A stretch of 64,000 nucleotides of DNA from Candidatus Dadabacteria bacterium (GTDB taxonomy: Bacteria > Desulfobacterota_D > UBA1144 > Nemesobacterales > CSP1-2). The translations under genes and the position numbers were made by a program. The notes under the pieces are model-generated. The model was not told the origin of the DNA. It did no database searches and saw only the letters and a program-made list of their open reading frames with translations. The first letter of the stretch is position 1, and each line of letters opens with the position of its first letter. The stretch covers positions 1 to 64,000 of the forward strand of contig CAWDVW010000003.1 in the NCBI GenBank assembly GCA_963805855.1. Direction: 5' to 3'. This document shows positions 52,718 through 62,641 of this stretch, piece after piece.

Positions 52718-53770
52718 TTGCCTAATTTAAAAAATAAGGGAAAGTCAACAAAAGTTTCAATTAAAAAAGGGTCTCATGAGGTGGAAGGCAGAGTGGATCT
52801 TTCCATTGTAATTCCAGTCCTTAATGAAGCCGGAAATCTTGATCCTGTATATTCTCAACTTATTGATGTTTTGACGAAAACTAACAAGGCCTACGAAATC
52901 ATTTTCGTTGATGATGGCAGTACTGATTCGAGCTTTGAAAACCTGAAGAAACTACACAAACAGGACGATCGTGTGCGGGTAATAAGGTTCCGTCGAAATT
53001 TCGGACAATCAGCGGCCTTTTCCGCAGGATTCGACTACGCGAGGGGAGATGTAATTGTGACCATGGATGCGGACTTGCAGAATGACCCTGCAGATATTCC
53101 AAATTTATTAAAGAAATTAGAAGACGGATGCGATGTGGTTAGCGGTTGGAGAATCAATCGAAGGGATGAGTATCTCACCAGACAATTACCCTCCCGGATA
53201 GCAAATTTTATAATCTCGATGATTACCGAGGTTAAGTTACACGATTATGGATGCTCGTTGAAAGCATACAGAAGAGAGGTAGCGAAAAATATTAAACTGT
53301 ACGGTGAGATGCATCGATTTATCCCCGCGCTTGCCAGCTGGATGGGAATTAGAATAGGTGAAGTTCCGGTAAACCATGCGCCTAGGAGATCTGGGAAATC
53401 CAAATACGGCATTATGCGTGCTGTCAGAGTGCTCTTGGATCTGATGACTGTGAAATTCTTGTTGGATTATTCTACGAGACCTATACAAATATTTGGTTTA
53501 TTGGGCATAATATCCCTTTTGTTAGGTTTGATTGTAGGAAGTTATCTTTCAATCTTGAAGATCTTCTTTGGTCATCCGTTAAGGGACAGACCGCTCCTTC
53601 TCCTATCCATATTGCTCGTTATTTTCGGTGTGCAACTCATTAGCATGGGTCTACTTGGTGAACTCGTTGTGAGAAGTTATTATGAGTCACAAAACAAGCC
53701 TACCTATATGGTTAAGGAGATCTTGGGTGTAAAGCTTTCCGCGAATCATGGCAATGAGCAATTCTCCTGA
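52718..53770 (+). CDS. GT2 polyprenol-phosphate glycosyltransferase (ArnC/GtrB-like)
   Basis: SIVIPVLNE, VDDGSTD, RRNFGQSAA, TMDADLQNDP, HDYGCSLKAY, two C-terminal TM helices. Confidence 0.92.
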   Translation: MPNLKNKGKSTKVSIKKGSHEVEGRVDLSIVIPVLNEAGNLDPVYSQLIDVLTKTNKAYEIIFVDDGSTDSSFENLKKLHKQDDRVRVIRFRRNFGQSAAFSAGFDYARGDVIVTMDADLQNDPADIPNLLKKLEDGCDVVSGWRINRRDEYLTRQLPSRIANFIISMITEVKLHDYGCSLKAYRREVAKNIKLYGEMHRFIPALASWMGIRIGEVPVNHAPRRSGKSKYGIMRAVRVLLDLMTVKFLLDYSTRPIQIFGLLGIISLLLGLIVGSYLSILKIFFGHPLRDRPLLLLSILLVIFGVQLISMGLLGELVVRSYYESQNKPTYMVKEILGVKLSANHGNEQFS

Positions 53771-53794
53771 TACCTTTAATAAGGAATTCAATGT

Positions 53795-54988
53795 TTGGCG
53801 CAGGATGGAATTGTGATGAAAATTTTAATGATAGCGCCGGTGCCTTTTTTCGCTCCTAGGGGGACTCCAATTGCGATAATGGGAAGACTGAGGGCGTTGT
53901 CTAGTCTTGGACATGAGGTTGATCTGCTAGCTTATCATGTGGGTCAGGACGTATCTATCCCCGGTCTAACAGTTTATAGAACTCCGTCATTTAAATTTAT
54001 TAAGGAAGTACCGGTAGGACCATCAAGGGCAAAAATATTTCTTGATTTTTTCGTGCTGGTGAAAGCCGTAAGGATGATAATTGGGAATTCTTTCGATCTC
54101 ATTCTTACCGCTGAGGAAGCAAGCATATTTGGAACCGTGTTAGCTAGGTTCTTTAAGTTACCTCATCTGTACGATTTTCATTCTTCAGTTCCCCAAGCGC
54201 TGGGGAATTTTGGGTATGATAGATTTCCCTCGTTGATCAGGTTTTTCGAATGGATTGAGAGGATAATAATTCGCAAGAGCAATGCTTTAATTGCAATTTC
54301 TCCTGAGTTAGCCAATTACGTGAGAAAAATTGATGAAAATATTCCAATCGCGATAATAGAGAATATATTTGAAGCAGTTGATTCAAAGAGTGTATCTGTG
54401 GAATCAGTAAGAAAATTAAGGGAAGAATATTCGCTATCGGACGGTAAAAAGATTATACTGTACGTTGGCACATTTGAGCTATATCAAGGGCTTGATCTCC
54501 TTATCGACAGTGTAGAGATTGTGTCAAAACATATCAATGCAGTGAAATTCGTCTTGGTAGGGGGCAAATCAGGCCAAATTGAATATTTTCGGAAAATAAC
54601 AGGTGATAAAGGCTTGTCTTCCTTTTTTCTTTTCACAGGTATACGACCTCCTGAAGAGATCCCGATTTTCAGTAATATTGCTAATGTGTTAGTATCCCCG
54701 CGCGTTAAGGGACAAAATCCACCTTCGAAGATATACTCATATCTTCGCTCCGGTAAACCGATAGTGGCAACGAATCATATATCTCATACGCAGGTGTTAA
54801 GTCCAGAAATAGCCCACTTAGTAGAGGCCAATCCTGAGGAGATGGCTAAAGGAATTATTTACATGCTGGAAAATCCAGATTTGGGTGAGAAACTGGGAGA
54901 AAGGGCAAGAAAGTTTTTCGAAAAGAATTATAACTATGATAAATTTGTAGAATCGACAGATAAAATTCTTAATTTAGCTGTAAAGTAA
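53795..54988 (+). CDS. GT4 family glycosyltransferase
   Basis: MKILMIAP.PFF.PRGTP, LYVGTFE.YQGLD, SKIYSYL.SGKPIVAT. Confidence 0.9.
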   Translation: MAQDGIVMKILMIAPVPFFAPRGTPIAIMGRLRALSSLGHEVDLLAYHVGQDVSIPGLTVYRTPSFKFIKEVPVGPSRAKIFLDFFVLVKAVRMIIGNSFDLILTAEEASIFGTVLARFFKLPHLYDFHSSVPQALGNFGYDRFPSLIRFFEWIERIIIRKSNALIAISPELANYVRKIDENIPIAIIENIFEAVDSKSVSVESVRKLREEYSLSDGKKIILYVGTFELYQGLDLLIDSVEIVSKHINAVKFVLVGGKSGQIEYFRKITGDKGLSSFFLFTGIRPPEEIPIFSNIANVLVSPRVKGQNPPSKIYSYLRSGKPIVATNHISHTQVLSPEIAHLVEANPEEMAKGIIYMLENPDLGEKLGERARKFFEKNYNYDKFVESTDKILNLAVK

Positions 54989-55094
54989 AGACTAATGGAT
55001 TAAGCTAGCAATCCTAAGAGGCTTGGTTTCGAATTTTCTTATTTCATTATTAATTTCAAGAAAAAGTATTAAAATTTTTAATTGGTTTTAGTTT

Positions 55095-55913
55095 ATGAGG
55101 CGAGTTAAATATCGGGGAAATTTTATGACTAATTCAGTAAGCCGCTCTTCCCAGATCGAGACCCTAAATTTAATAAGGGAATACTGGACCAAAAACCTTC
55201 ATGATGTTGACATTACTCACAGTCCCATCGGGACAAAAGAATTTTTTGAGGAGCTTGAACAATATCGCTATGAAAAGCTTGAATACCTTCTTAGAATAAT
55301 AGATTTCAATGCTTACAAAGGGAGAAAACTCTTAGAAATAGGATGCGGGATGGGAATTGACCTTGTTCAATTTGCAAAAGGCGGGGCAATAGTAACCGGC
55401 ATAGATTTGGCTGATAATGCCATAGAACTAGCAAAGAAAAATTTAGAACTGCACGGAGTAGGTGGCGAGCTTCTGGTTATGAATGGAGAGGAGTTAAGTT
55501 TTAACGATAATAGCTTCGACATAGTATTCGCACATGGTGTTCTTGCATATACCCATGATGCAGCGCTTATGGTCAGAGAAATCAATAGGGTATTAAAACC
55601 TGGAGGCGAGGCAATCTTGATGATGTATCATAGAAATTCCTGGCTTTTCTTCTTTGCGGATTTGCTTGGATTCCGGCTTGGCCGTGAGGATGCGCCGGTT
55701 TTTAAAACCTACTCGATTGATGAGTTTCAGAGAATGCTAAAGAATTTTTCTCATTCAGAGATACTGACGGTGCGCTTTCCGGTTAAAACACGTATTCATA
55801 AAGGCCCAAAGGCAGCCATCTACAATCGGTTATTTGTCCCCTTATTCAATCTGATTCCAGAAGCAATGGTTCGTCGATTTGGAGCCCATCTGATCGCAAA
55901 AGCCGAAAAGTAA
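55095..55913 (+). CDS. Class I SAM-dependent methyltransferase
   Basis: LLEIGCGMG, GIDL, F.DNSFD.V...GVL, RVLKPGG. Confidence 0.9.
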   Translation: MRRVKYRGNFMTNSVSRSSQIETLNLIREYWTKNLHDVDITHSPIGTKEFFEELEQYRYEKLEYLLRIIDFNAYKGRKLLEIGCGMGIDLVQFAKGGAIVTGIDLADNAIELAKKNLELHGVGGELLVMNGEELSFNDNSFDIVFAHGVLAYTHDAALMVREINRVLKPGGEAILMMYHRNSWLFFFADLLGFRLGREDAPVFKTYSIDEFQRMLKNFSHSEILTVRFPVKTRIHKGPKAAIYNRLFVPLFNLIPEAMVRRFGAHLIAKAEK

Positions 55914-56434
55914 AAATGAAGCGGGAATTTGATTCAATTATATTCAAGTTAACACAATTTGCTTACAATTTGGTATGTTGAGAAGTATTTTGAGAAGGAT
56001 TACAAGATCGATGCGGCGAGTTACTTGCGCCATGTTCGCATGGATGAGAGTTAGATATGTTCTTGTTGTTGTAGGATCCTAATTACAATTGTATACTGGA
56101 TTCGAGAGCCGGCTCAGGTAATCGGGTAATATTATCAGTCTATCTGTTGATCCGATTTCCAAATGGAATGGCGGGGATTTTTTTCAGGTCGCGTTCTACT
56201 GCTGGCATCAGGTCACTCGATTTCATAAACGAATAGGGTATCTTAGGTAATATAGGTTTAGTTTACTAATATTTGTTCCTGTTATAATCGGAGAGTAGAT
56301 AAAGCCAGTGATTGATAGTTGAAGTAAAGCTCACTTGAGTTTGATGAAACGGCAGAAGTTAATCTTAATCAAATTAGACCAGTCAGGAGAATTCAAGTGT
56401 ACTCATTCTCAAAGGTATCCAGAAAGGAGCATGC

Positions 56435-57649
56435 GTGAGTAGGTTACTCGTTTGTTTTATCAGGGGTATGGATCTTCGTAGGATCCAAGAGCAAACAACT
56501 CCCTACATCAACGATTTATTGAAATCTTTTCCATGGGTGAGAATTAGCACTATTCCCACTCCTGAGCTGACGCAAACTATATTTACTGGGCAGTACCCAC
56601 ATGAGCACGGCATGTGGGAAGTCGAGTTAAAATCAGATTCCGACTTGCTTGCGAAGAATAAGATCGTAGACAAAATTCCAGATTTTCTGACAACTACTTT
56701 TCAGTGTCTAATACATCTTGCCACAAAGTCTTTCGATCTGGCGGCTATTCCACCATGGAGACGAAGGCGATTTGAGGTGAGCAGATATAAGTATTTTCGT
56801 AAGCCCTTGGATGAATTCTTTAAACATCAAAAGGTAGTGTCTATCTTCGATATCATCGGAACAGGAAAATTTATCCATTTGTGGACAAACAAATATAATG
56901 ACATGAATAAATTACTCACTAATCTTCGTTCTGATAATCATGAACTCGAGTGGCTGGATCTTTATTTTCTCGACCAGCTCCAGCATTGGTATCTAGATGA
57001 TGGGGTTAAGATCCGAAAATTTTATAGGGAAGTCGATCAGTTTGTAGAAAGACTTCATTATCAATGTCAAAAGACCAATGTATCATTGATGCTCCTTTCA
57101 GATCATGGAATGGAGCCTGTTAAGGGAAGTATTGATATTAAATCGAAGCTAGAAAAATTAGAAATATCGAGTGAGGAATACACTTATTTTATAGAAGCTC
57201 CGGTAGCCAGGTTTTGGTTCCATACCGAAAGAGCCCGCTCAAAGATCCTTAATATGTTGTCATCAGTTGAGCACGGGAAAGTGCAAAACTACAGGGACTT
57301 GCAAGAATATAAAATAGAATTTCACGACCCTAAATACGGCGAAACTTATTTCAGAGTGGATCATGGCTATATAATTTTTCCTCATGACTTTTATCACCCA
57401 CTGGCTAATGTATTCTTGGGATTAACCGATTGGCAACAGAGGAGCCGGATATTAAATCCGAAGCATAGAGGTTACCACGGTTATCCACCGAATAATGAAT
57501 CCGAAAAGGGGTTCATGATTCTTTTGGATGCTCGTTATAGGACCACCAAGAAAGAAGTAGGGATTATAGATGTTGCTCCTACTGTGTTGGGGTTGCTGGG
57601 ATACCAAATGCCGGATTGTATGAAGGGTAACTGTGTTTTTGCTAGCTAA
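56435..57649 (+). CDS. Alkaline-phosphatase superfamily protein (nucleotide pyrophosphatase/phosphodiesterase-like)
   Basis: TIFTGQYPHEHG, LDQLQH, LSDHGM, RGYHGY, IIDVAPTVL. Confidence 0.82.
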   Translation: MSRLLVCFIRGMDLRRIQEQTTPYINDLLKSFPWVRISTIPTPELTQTIFTGQYPHEHGMWEVELKSDSDLLAKNKIVDKIPDFLTTTFQCLIHLATKSFDLAAIPPWRRRRFEVSRYKYFRKPLDEFFKHQKVVSIFDIIGTGKFIHLWTNKYNDMNKLLTNLRSDNHELEWLDLYFLDQLQHWYLDDGVKIRKFYREVDQFVERLHYQCQKTNVSLMLLSDHGMEPVKGSIDIKSKLEKLEISSEEYTYFIEAPVARFWFHTERARSKILNMLSSVEHGKVQNYRDLQEYKIEFHDPKYGETYFRVDHGYIIFPHDFYHPLANVFLGLTDWQQRSRILNPKHRGYHGYPPNNESEKGFMILLDARYRTTKKEVGIIDVAPTVLGLLGYQMPDCMKGNCVFAS

Positions 57650-57715
57650 AAATCGGATTTTCCTCCACCAGTCTTCTAATTTCAATATAATATCGCATAC
57701 TCTTTAGCTATTCTT

Positions 57716-58684
57716 ATGGGCACCAAAAGAGCGTTTTTTGTAGGGATTAGATTTCTGATTGCCTCTGCAATTCTTTACTTTCTTTTCAGTCGGATACCCT
57801 TGTCTAAAGTTATCTCTACATTGGCTTCGACAAAGTTAAACTACCTCATATTTGCCTCAATCCTAACAATTCTCTCCCAAGTAATTTTCGCATACAGGCT
57901 TAGGTGTTTCACAAGTATGCAGGAAATATCTCTTACAGCGTTACAGGTCTTTGAAATTAATCTTGCAGCGGCATTTTATGGGCTTTTTTTGCCAGGGGGG
58001 AACTTGACGGGAGGAGCGATTCGTTTTTACAAGCTATCAGGAAATGATAAAAAGATTGCAGAAGCCTTTACATCACTTGCGTTAGATCGAATTACTGCAA
58101 CTATCGCGCTTTGTCTGGTAGGTATAGTCTTTTGGCTGATTCATCCTCCATCGGATTCGGATTACATAGTTATCAGCATGGTGGCTATTTTGTTTATATT
58201 GATCGTATCAATCGTGATCGTAATGATTAGCAGAAGAGCAATACAACTATCAAAAATGGTTGATTTAAATAAAGTCTCGTTTATTGCTTCAACCTTGAGG
58301 AAGTTTTTTGATACCATTGATCGCTTTAGGAATTATACAATTCCGGCTATAGTTTTCATTCTTGGCATTTCAATAATTTCTCAGATTATCGGGATAATTG
58401 TTTACTATATGATGGCCTTGTCGATAGATATTGAAATATCCTTTTTTGCTATGGGCTGGATACGTTCTGCGGTCCTGCTGGTTCTGATTATTCCTATTTC
58501 AATATCTGGGCTGGGACTAAGGGAGGTGTCTCTACTATTCCTATTAAGGCCTTATGGTGTTGAAGATGATAAAGCCCTGGCATTATCTCTGGTTATTTTC
58601 GGGGTTACAACAGTATTGATTGGTTTAATAGGAGGATTACTAGAATTGAGAAAATTTTTATTACAAAGCTTTTCAAGCGCTTAG
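57716..58684 (+). CDS. Lysylphosphatidylglycerol-synthase TM-domain (UPF0104 flippase-like) protein
   Basis: Multi-TM; FLPGG..GG.IR, LDR, IPISISGLGLRE. Confidence 0.87.
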   Translation: MGTKRAFFVGIRFLIASAILYFLFSRIPLSKVISTLASTKLNYLIFASILTILSQVIFAYRLRCFTSMQEISLTALQVFEINLAAAFYGLFLPGGNLTGGAIRFYKLSGNDKKIAEAFTSLALDRITATIALCLVGIVFWLIHPPSDSDYIVISMVAILFILIVSIVIVMISRRAIQLSKMVDLNKVSFIASTLRKFFDTIDRFRNYTIPAIVFILGISIISQIIGIIVYYMMALSIDIEISFFAMGWIRSAVLLVLIIPISISGLGLREVSLLFLLRPYGVEDDKALALSLVIFGVTTVLIGLIGGLLELRKFLLQSFSSA

Positions 58685-58720
58685 GTCAGGTTAGGTACGA
58701 AACAAGAGTGGAGGATTAGT

Positions 58721-59701
58721 GTGAAGATTTTAGTGACTGGAGGCACAGGATTCACGGGTCGTCATCTTTGCAAGCGACTTATCAGCAATGGCTTGCCAGT
58801 AAGGGCTTTAGTGCGGGATCTCAAACGCGCGAACGAATTGAAAAAGTGGGGAGTTGAGCTAATCTTGGGGGATATCCGTGATCAAAATTCCCTTGAAAGA
58901 GCTACGCTGGGAGTGGATCTAATATACAACATTGCTGCCGTTTATCGCAAGCAAAACGCAACACGTAGGGAGTTATGGGAAACGAATTTTCAGGGGACGA
59001 AAAACTTGCTTGACGCAGCAATAGACGCAGGAGTAAAACGGTTTGTTCATTGCAGCACTGTTGGGGTACACGGTCATATTGTAAGCCCTCCCGGCGATGA
59101 GAATAGTCCGTATGCGCCCGGAGACAGTTATCAACAATCAAAAGCTGAGGGAGAACGTATAGTAAATCAATATATGAAAGAACATAAAATCCCTATAGTC
59201 ATATTTCGGCCATGTGGTATATATGGACCCGGAGACTTGAGATTTTTAAAATTATTCAAAGCTATAAAAAGAGGGATGTTTTTGATTATTGGGTCCGGAG
59301 AAGTGTACTATCATATGATATTTATTAATGATCTTATTGAAGGAATATTGTTGTGCGGTAGCAAAAAAGAAGCGATTGGAAATGTGTATATTTTAGGTGG
59401 CGAAACATATGTAACAATAAATCAACTTGTTAAGATTATAGCCGAAGTGCTCGATGTAAATGTTCCTCGCTTCCATATTCCTTTTACGCTGACTTATTTT
59501 GCCGGCATTTTGTGCGAATTTATTTGCAAACCGTTGGGTATAAATCCGCCATTGTATAGAAGGAGAGTCGATTTCTTCAGAAAGAACAGGGCCTTTGATA
59601 TCTCAAAGGCAAAGCATTCGCTTGGTTTTCAACCTAAAACGGACTTGAAGACCGGGATCAGAAAGACTGCTGACTGGTACTTCAAAGAAGGTTTACTTTA
59701 A
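58721..59701 (+). CDS. NAD-dependent epimerase/dehydratase (extended SDR)
   Basis: ILVTGGTGFTG, HCSTVGV, YQQSK, RP.GIYGPGD. Confidence 0.92.
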   Translation: MKILVTGGTGFTGRHLCKRLISNGLPVRALVRDLKRANELKKWGVELILGDIRDQNSLERATLGVDLIYNIAAVYRKQNATRRELWETNFQGTKNLLDAAIDAGVKRFVHCSTVGVHGHIVSPPGDENSPYAPGDSYQQSKAEGERIVNQYMKEHKIPIVIFRPCGIYGPGDLRFLKLFKAIKRGMFLIIGSGEVYYHMIFINDLIEGILLCGSKKEAIGNVYILGGETYVTINQLVKIIAEVLDVNVPRFHIPFTLTYFAGILCEFICKPLGINPPLYRRRVDFFRKNRAFDISKAKHSLGFQPKTDLKTGIRKTADWYFKEGLL

Positions 59702-59899
59702 TAAACATCAATGAGTCAACTGAACAAGTTTTCTTAATGAACATAAGCATTATTTATATATTATTTTATGATGCATGATAGACATTTAAAAATTCATAAG
59801 CCCAATATAAATGTATATTTTTTTTGGCACCTGATTAGTTAGGGAGTGATGAATTCCTAATCCATGAAACCAATAATTGATTTCCGAGGATTCTTAAAT

Positions 59900-60540
59900 T
59901 AGCTGATTTAATCCTGGCCCGGTTTACCGACATATCAATTGCAGACTAATTTAAAGTTAATGTATTCAACGTCAAGGCAGTTAAAGTGCGTGGATTTGAT
60001 CCCAAGAAAATCTGGGTCGTACATAATCGTATGTTTGGAGGAGATTTTAAAATCCCTGAGGTGATCCTAATTATATCTCTGAATCAAGAACTATGAAAAG
60101 GTTCTGACATTAAAATCGCAGTAAAAGTTACTAGCCTAAGTGAATAAGAAGTTAGCAGATATATTATTGAAGAAACACGGGATGTGTTAGATGTTTTCCC
60201 AATACTAGGTCTAGAGTTGTTGGTGATGGCCCAGATCGAATAGCTCTCAAGAGATTTGGCATAAGAAATCCATTCATTTTTTTTAAAGAAAATGAGAGAA
60301 GGTCAACCAATTTACACTCAGACCATCTAATATGCTCGCGCATTGGTTTGCCCTAGGCAACCCAGGAATGAGATTATTTCCGCATTGGAGGACATGGCCT
60401 GAGTTTTTCAAATGTATCTGGTGTGCTCCGATGGACTTCTAATTCAGAAAATTCAGATTTTTTAAACGCTTTTAAGGCCAGGTGTTAAGTTGAGCTAGGG
60501 ACGTATGTTCTAGAACTGTTTTTTGGCTTTTGACCCCGTC
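59900..60540 (+). pseudogene. Heavily decayed GT4 glycosyltransferase remnant
   Basis: Fragmentary frames ADLILARFTDISIA, VRGFDPKKIWVVHN, VTSLSE*EVSRYIIE..RDVLDVFP and RVVGDGPDR, with stops and indels. Confidence 0.55.
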
Positions 60541-60716
60541 TCTGATATTTTTACTGGAAAATGAAAAAGAAATTTGTTTCAGCCCGCAGAAGAAAAGAAG
60601 GCTCCCTCGAAGATAACTCCTCATCGTCAGAATAGAATTTGACATGAAAATATAAGTATGTATGTGTCAATCACAAATTTAAAGGTAACGAAAACTTAAT
60701 AAAAAACAAACTATTA

Positions 60717-61604
60717 ATGATAAGAGAAATTAAAAAGGGACTATTTGATTTTTTAATATACATCTCGGTGTGTATCAGAAAGATTGATTCTTTTAATAAG
60801 TTTTTAATGCCAGAAAGTCATTTGCGAAAAGTTTTAGTAAATTTTAGAAAGAAAATAGGATCAATGTTAGTGGGCGAAGTGTATTGCGAAGCTAATATCT
60901 ATGGAACAAAGATAAAAATGATAGACAACAGGACACTTGATTATTATTACTTCTTTTCTCGAGGTGAAATATACGAGCCCTCTTTTACACTCCAGCTAAA
61001 AGCACTCTTAAAAGAATCAGAGTTTCCTACTTTCGTGGATGTGGGTGCTCATTATGGTTACTTTACCATATATGCTGCTTTTATAGTAGGTTCCCGGGGA
61101 CAGGTGATATCAATTGAACCACACCCAAAATTCTATAGACGACTACTGCAAAATATTGAAATAAATCGTCTGAATGAGAATGTTCGTACATTTAATGTAG
61201 CATTATCCGAAAAGGAGGGTAAGGGAATGATGGAAGGTTTTGATGAAAGAGTTTTCAAAGAAGTAGAGACTGGTAATGTGCAGGTGCTTACATTCGATCA
61301 ACTTTGTGAAAAAGAGAATATAAGGCCTGATATCGTAAAGATTGACGTCCATGGGTCAGAAGGAAAAGTTCTTTCCGGAATGTCAAAAACGCTCAAAAAT
61401 GATGTTAAACATTTATTCTGCGAGCTACATAATGATATGCATGGGTATACAGTTGGAAACATTATTCAAACGTTGGAAACTGCCGGCCTAAATGTGTTCG
61501 AGTTCACAAAACACCGCGATAAATATAGTGGTGAAATTGTTGCCATAAGTGATTATTTATTTATAAGCCATAATGACAGAATGCTTTATGCACGAAGAAA
61601 GTGA
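60717..61604 (+). CDS. FkbM-family SAM-dependent transferase
   Basis: YEP, FVDVGAHYGYFT, V.SIEP.P, NVALS, PDIVKIDVHGSE. Confidence 0.88.
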   Translation: MIREIKKGLFDFLIYISVCIRKIDSFNKFLMPESHLRKVLVNFRKKIGSMLVGEVYCEANIYGTKIKMIDNRTLDYYYFFSRGEIYEPSFTLQLKALLKESEFPTFVDVGAHYGYFTIYAAFIVGSRGQVISIEPHPKFYRRLLQNIEINRLNENVRTFNVALSEKEGKGMMEGFDERVFKEVETGNVQVLTFDQLCEKENIRPDIVKIDVHGSEGKVLSGMSKTLKNDVKHLFCELHNDMHGYTVGNIIQTLETAGLNVFEFTKHRDKYSGEIVAISDYLFISHNDRMLYARRK

Positions 61605-61773
61605 AATTAATGTTCACAGTGCGAATTTACAAAACGTATCCTTTATTTACAAATCAAAGCACTACTATTATAATTACCAACGTAATTTAACAGTAAGTGT
61701 TGATACTAAACGAAGTATTCCTCTTAACAAAAAACACTCTCCTCATAGCTATTTGGGAAGGAAAGATCTCAGT

Positions 61774-62517
61774 ATGAAAAAAGATATTATTTTTTTAAAA
61801 AGCCCTGCCTCGATAGATAGCTTTGAATTTAACTCCGAAGTCGCTGAAGCATTTGATGACATGATAACACGCAGTGTGCCATTTTACCTTGAACAACAAG
61901 AGATGATCAAGGAGATTGGTAAGAAGTTTTTTATCCCAGGCACTAAAGTCTATGATCTTGGATGCTCTACAGCAACCACCCTCATTAACCTTTGTCGAGA
62001 AATCGGACAACAAGCTTGTTTTATTGGATATGATTCCTCACTCCCTATGCTAAAGCAGGCAAATCATAAGATTAAGAAGCATGGATTGGAGGATCTCATC
62101 GAGGTTCGATATGGAAACCTTGATGAGGAAATATCAAAGTTGAATCTCGATAATGCCAGTGTTGTCACTATGTGCTGGACACTTCAGTTTGTTCGTCCAT
62201 TAGGACGAGACAATCTAATAAAATGGATTTACAACTCACTGGTTGAAGAAGGGATTTTAATCGTAACCGAGAAAATTCTCACAAACGACAGCCACATGAA
62301 TCGCTTTTTTGTAGATCTATACTATGATTTTAAGAAGCGAAACGGATATACCGAGATGGAAATAATGCGAAAGAGAGAGGCACTCGAAAATGTACTCATT
62401 CCCTACCGGATCGATGAGGACCTAGGATTATTCAGAAGAAATGGTTTTGAAATCGTTGACACCTTTTTTCAATTTTATAACTTTGCAGCTTTCCTTTGCA
62501 TAAAAAAAACTGTCTAG
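61774..62517 (+). CDS. cmoA: Carboxy-S-adenosyl-L-methionine synthase (CmoA-like)
   Basis: FEFNSEVAEAFDDMITRSVPFY, VYDLGCST, NASVV...TLQF, KRNGY...EI.RKREALENVL; ATG 61774 follows a GGAAGGA RBS. Confidence 0.88.
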   Translation: MKKDIIFLKSPASIDSFEFNSEVAEAFDDMITRSVPFYLEQQEMIKEIGKKFFIPGTKVYDLGCSTATTLINLCREIGQQACFIGYDSSLPMLKQANHKIKKHGLEDLIEVRYGNLDEEISKLNLDNASVVTMCWTLQFVRPLGRDNLIKWIYNSLVEEGILIVTEKILTNDSHMNRFFVDLYYDFKKRNGYTEMEIMRKREALENVLIPYRIDEDLGLFRRNGFEIVDTFFQFYNFAAFLCIKKTV

Positions 62518-62641
62518 ATCCGATTCGTTTAAGCAAAAAAGAGGAATGCATCTTCTATTTCCGAAATATTGAAATATAGAGTTGCTTCACGACTAAAATA
62601 CATAAGTTATATTAACCAGAGTCAATGCCTTTTGAGGAACA

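Noticed and set aside
55914-56434. Possible decayed gene in the glycan cluster
   Set aside because: Looks like eroded coding DNA, but no family motif could be recognised.
61573-61773. N-terminal extension of the cmoA ORF
   Set aside because: Low-complexity AT-rich sequence overlapping the FkbM end; homology and the RBS point to ATG 61774.
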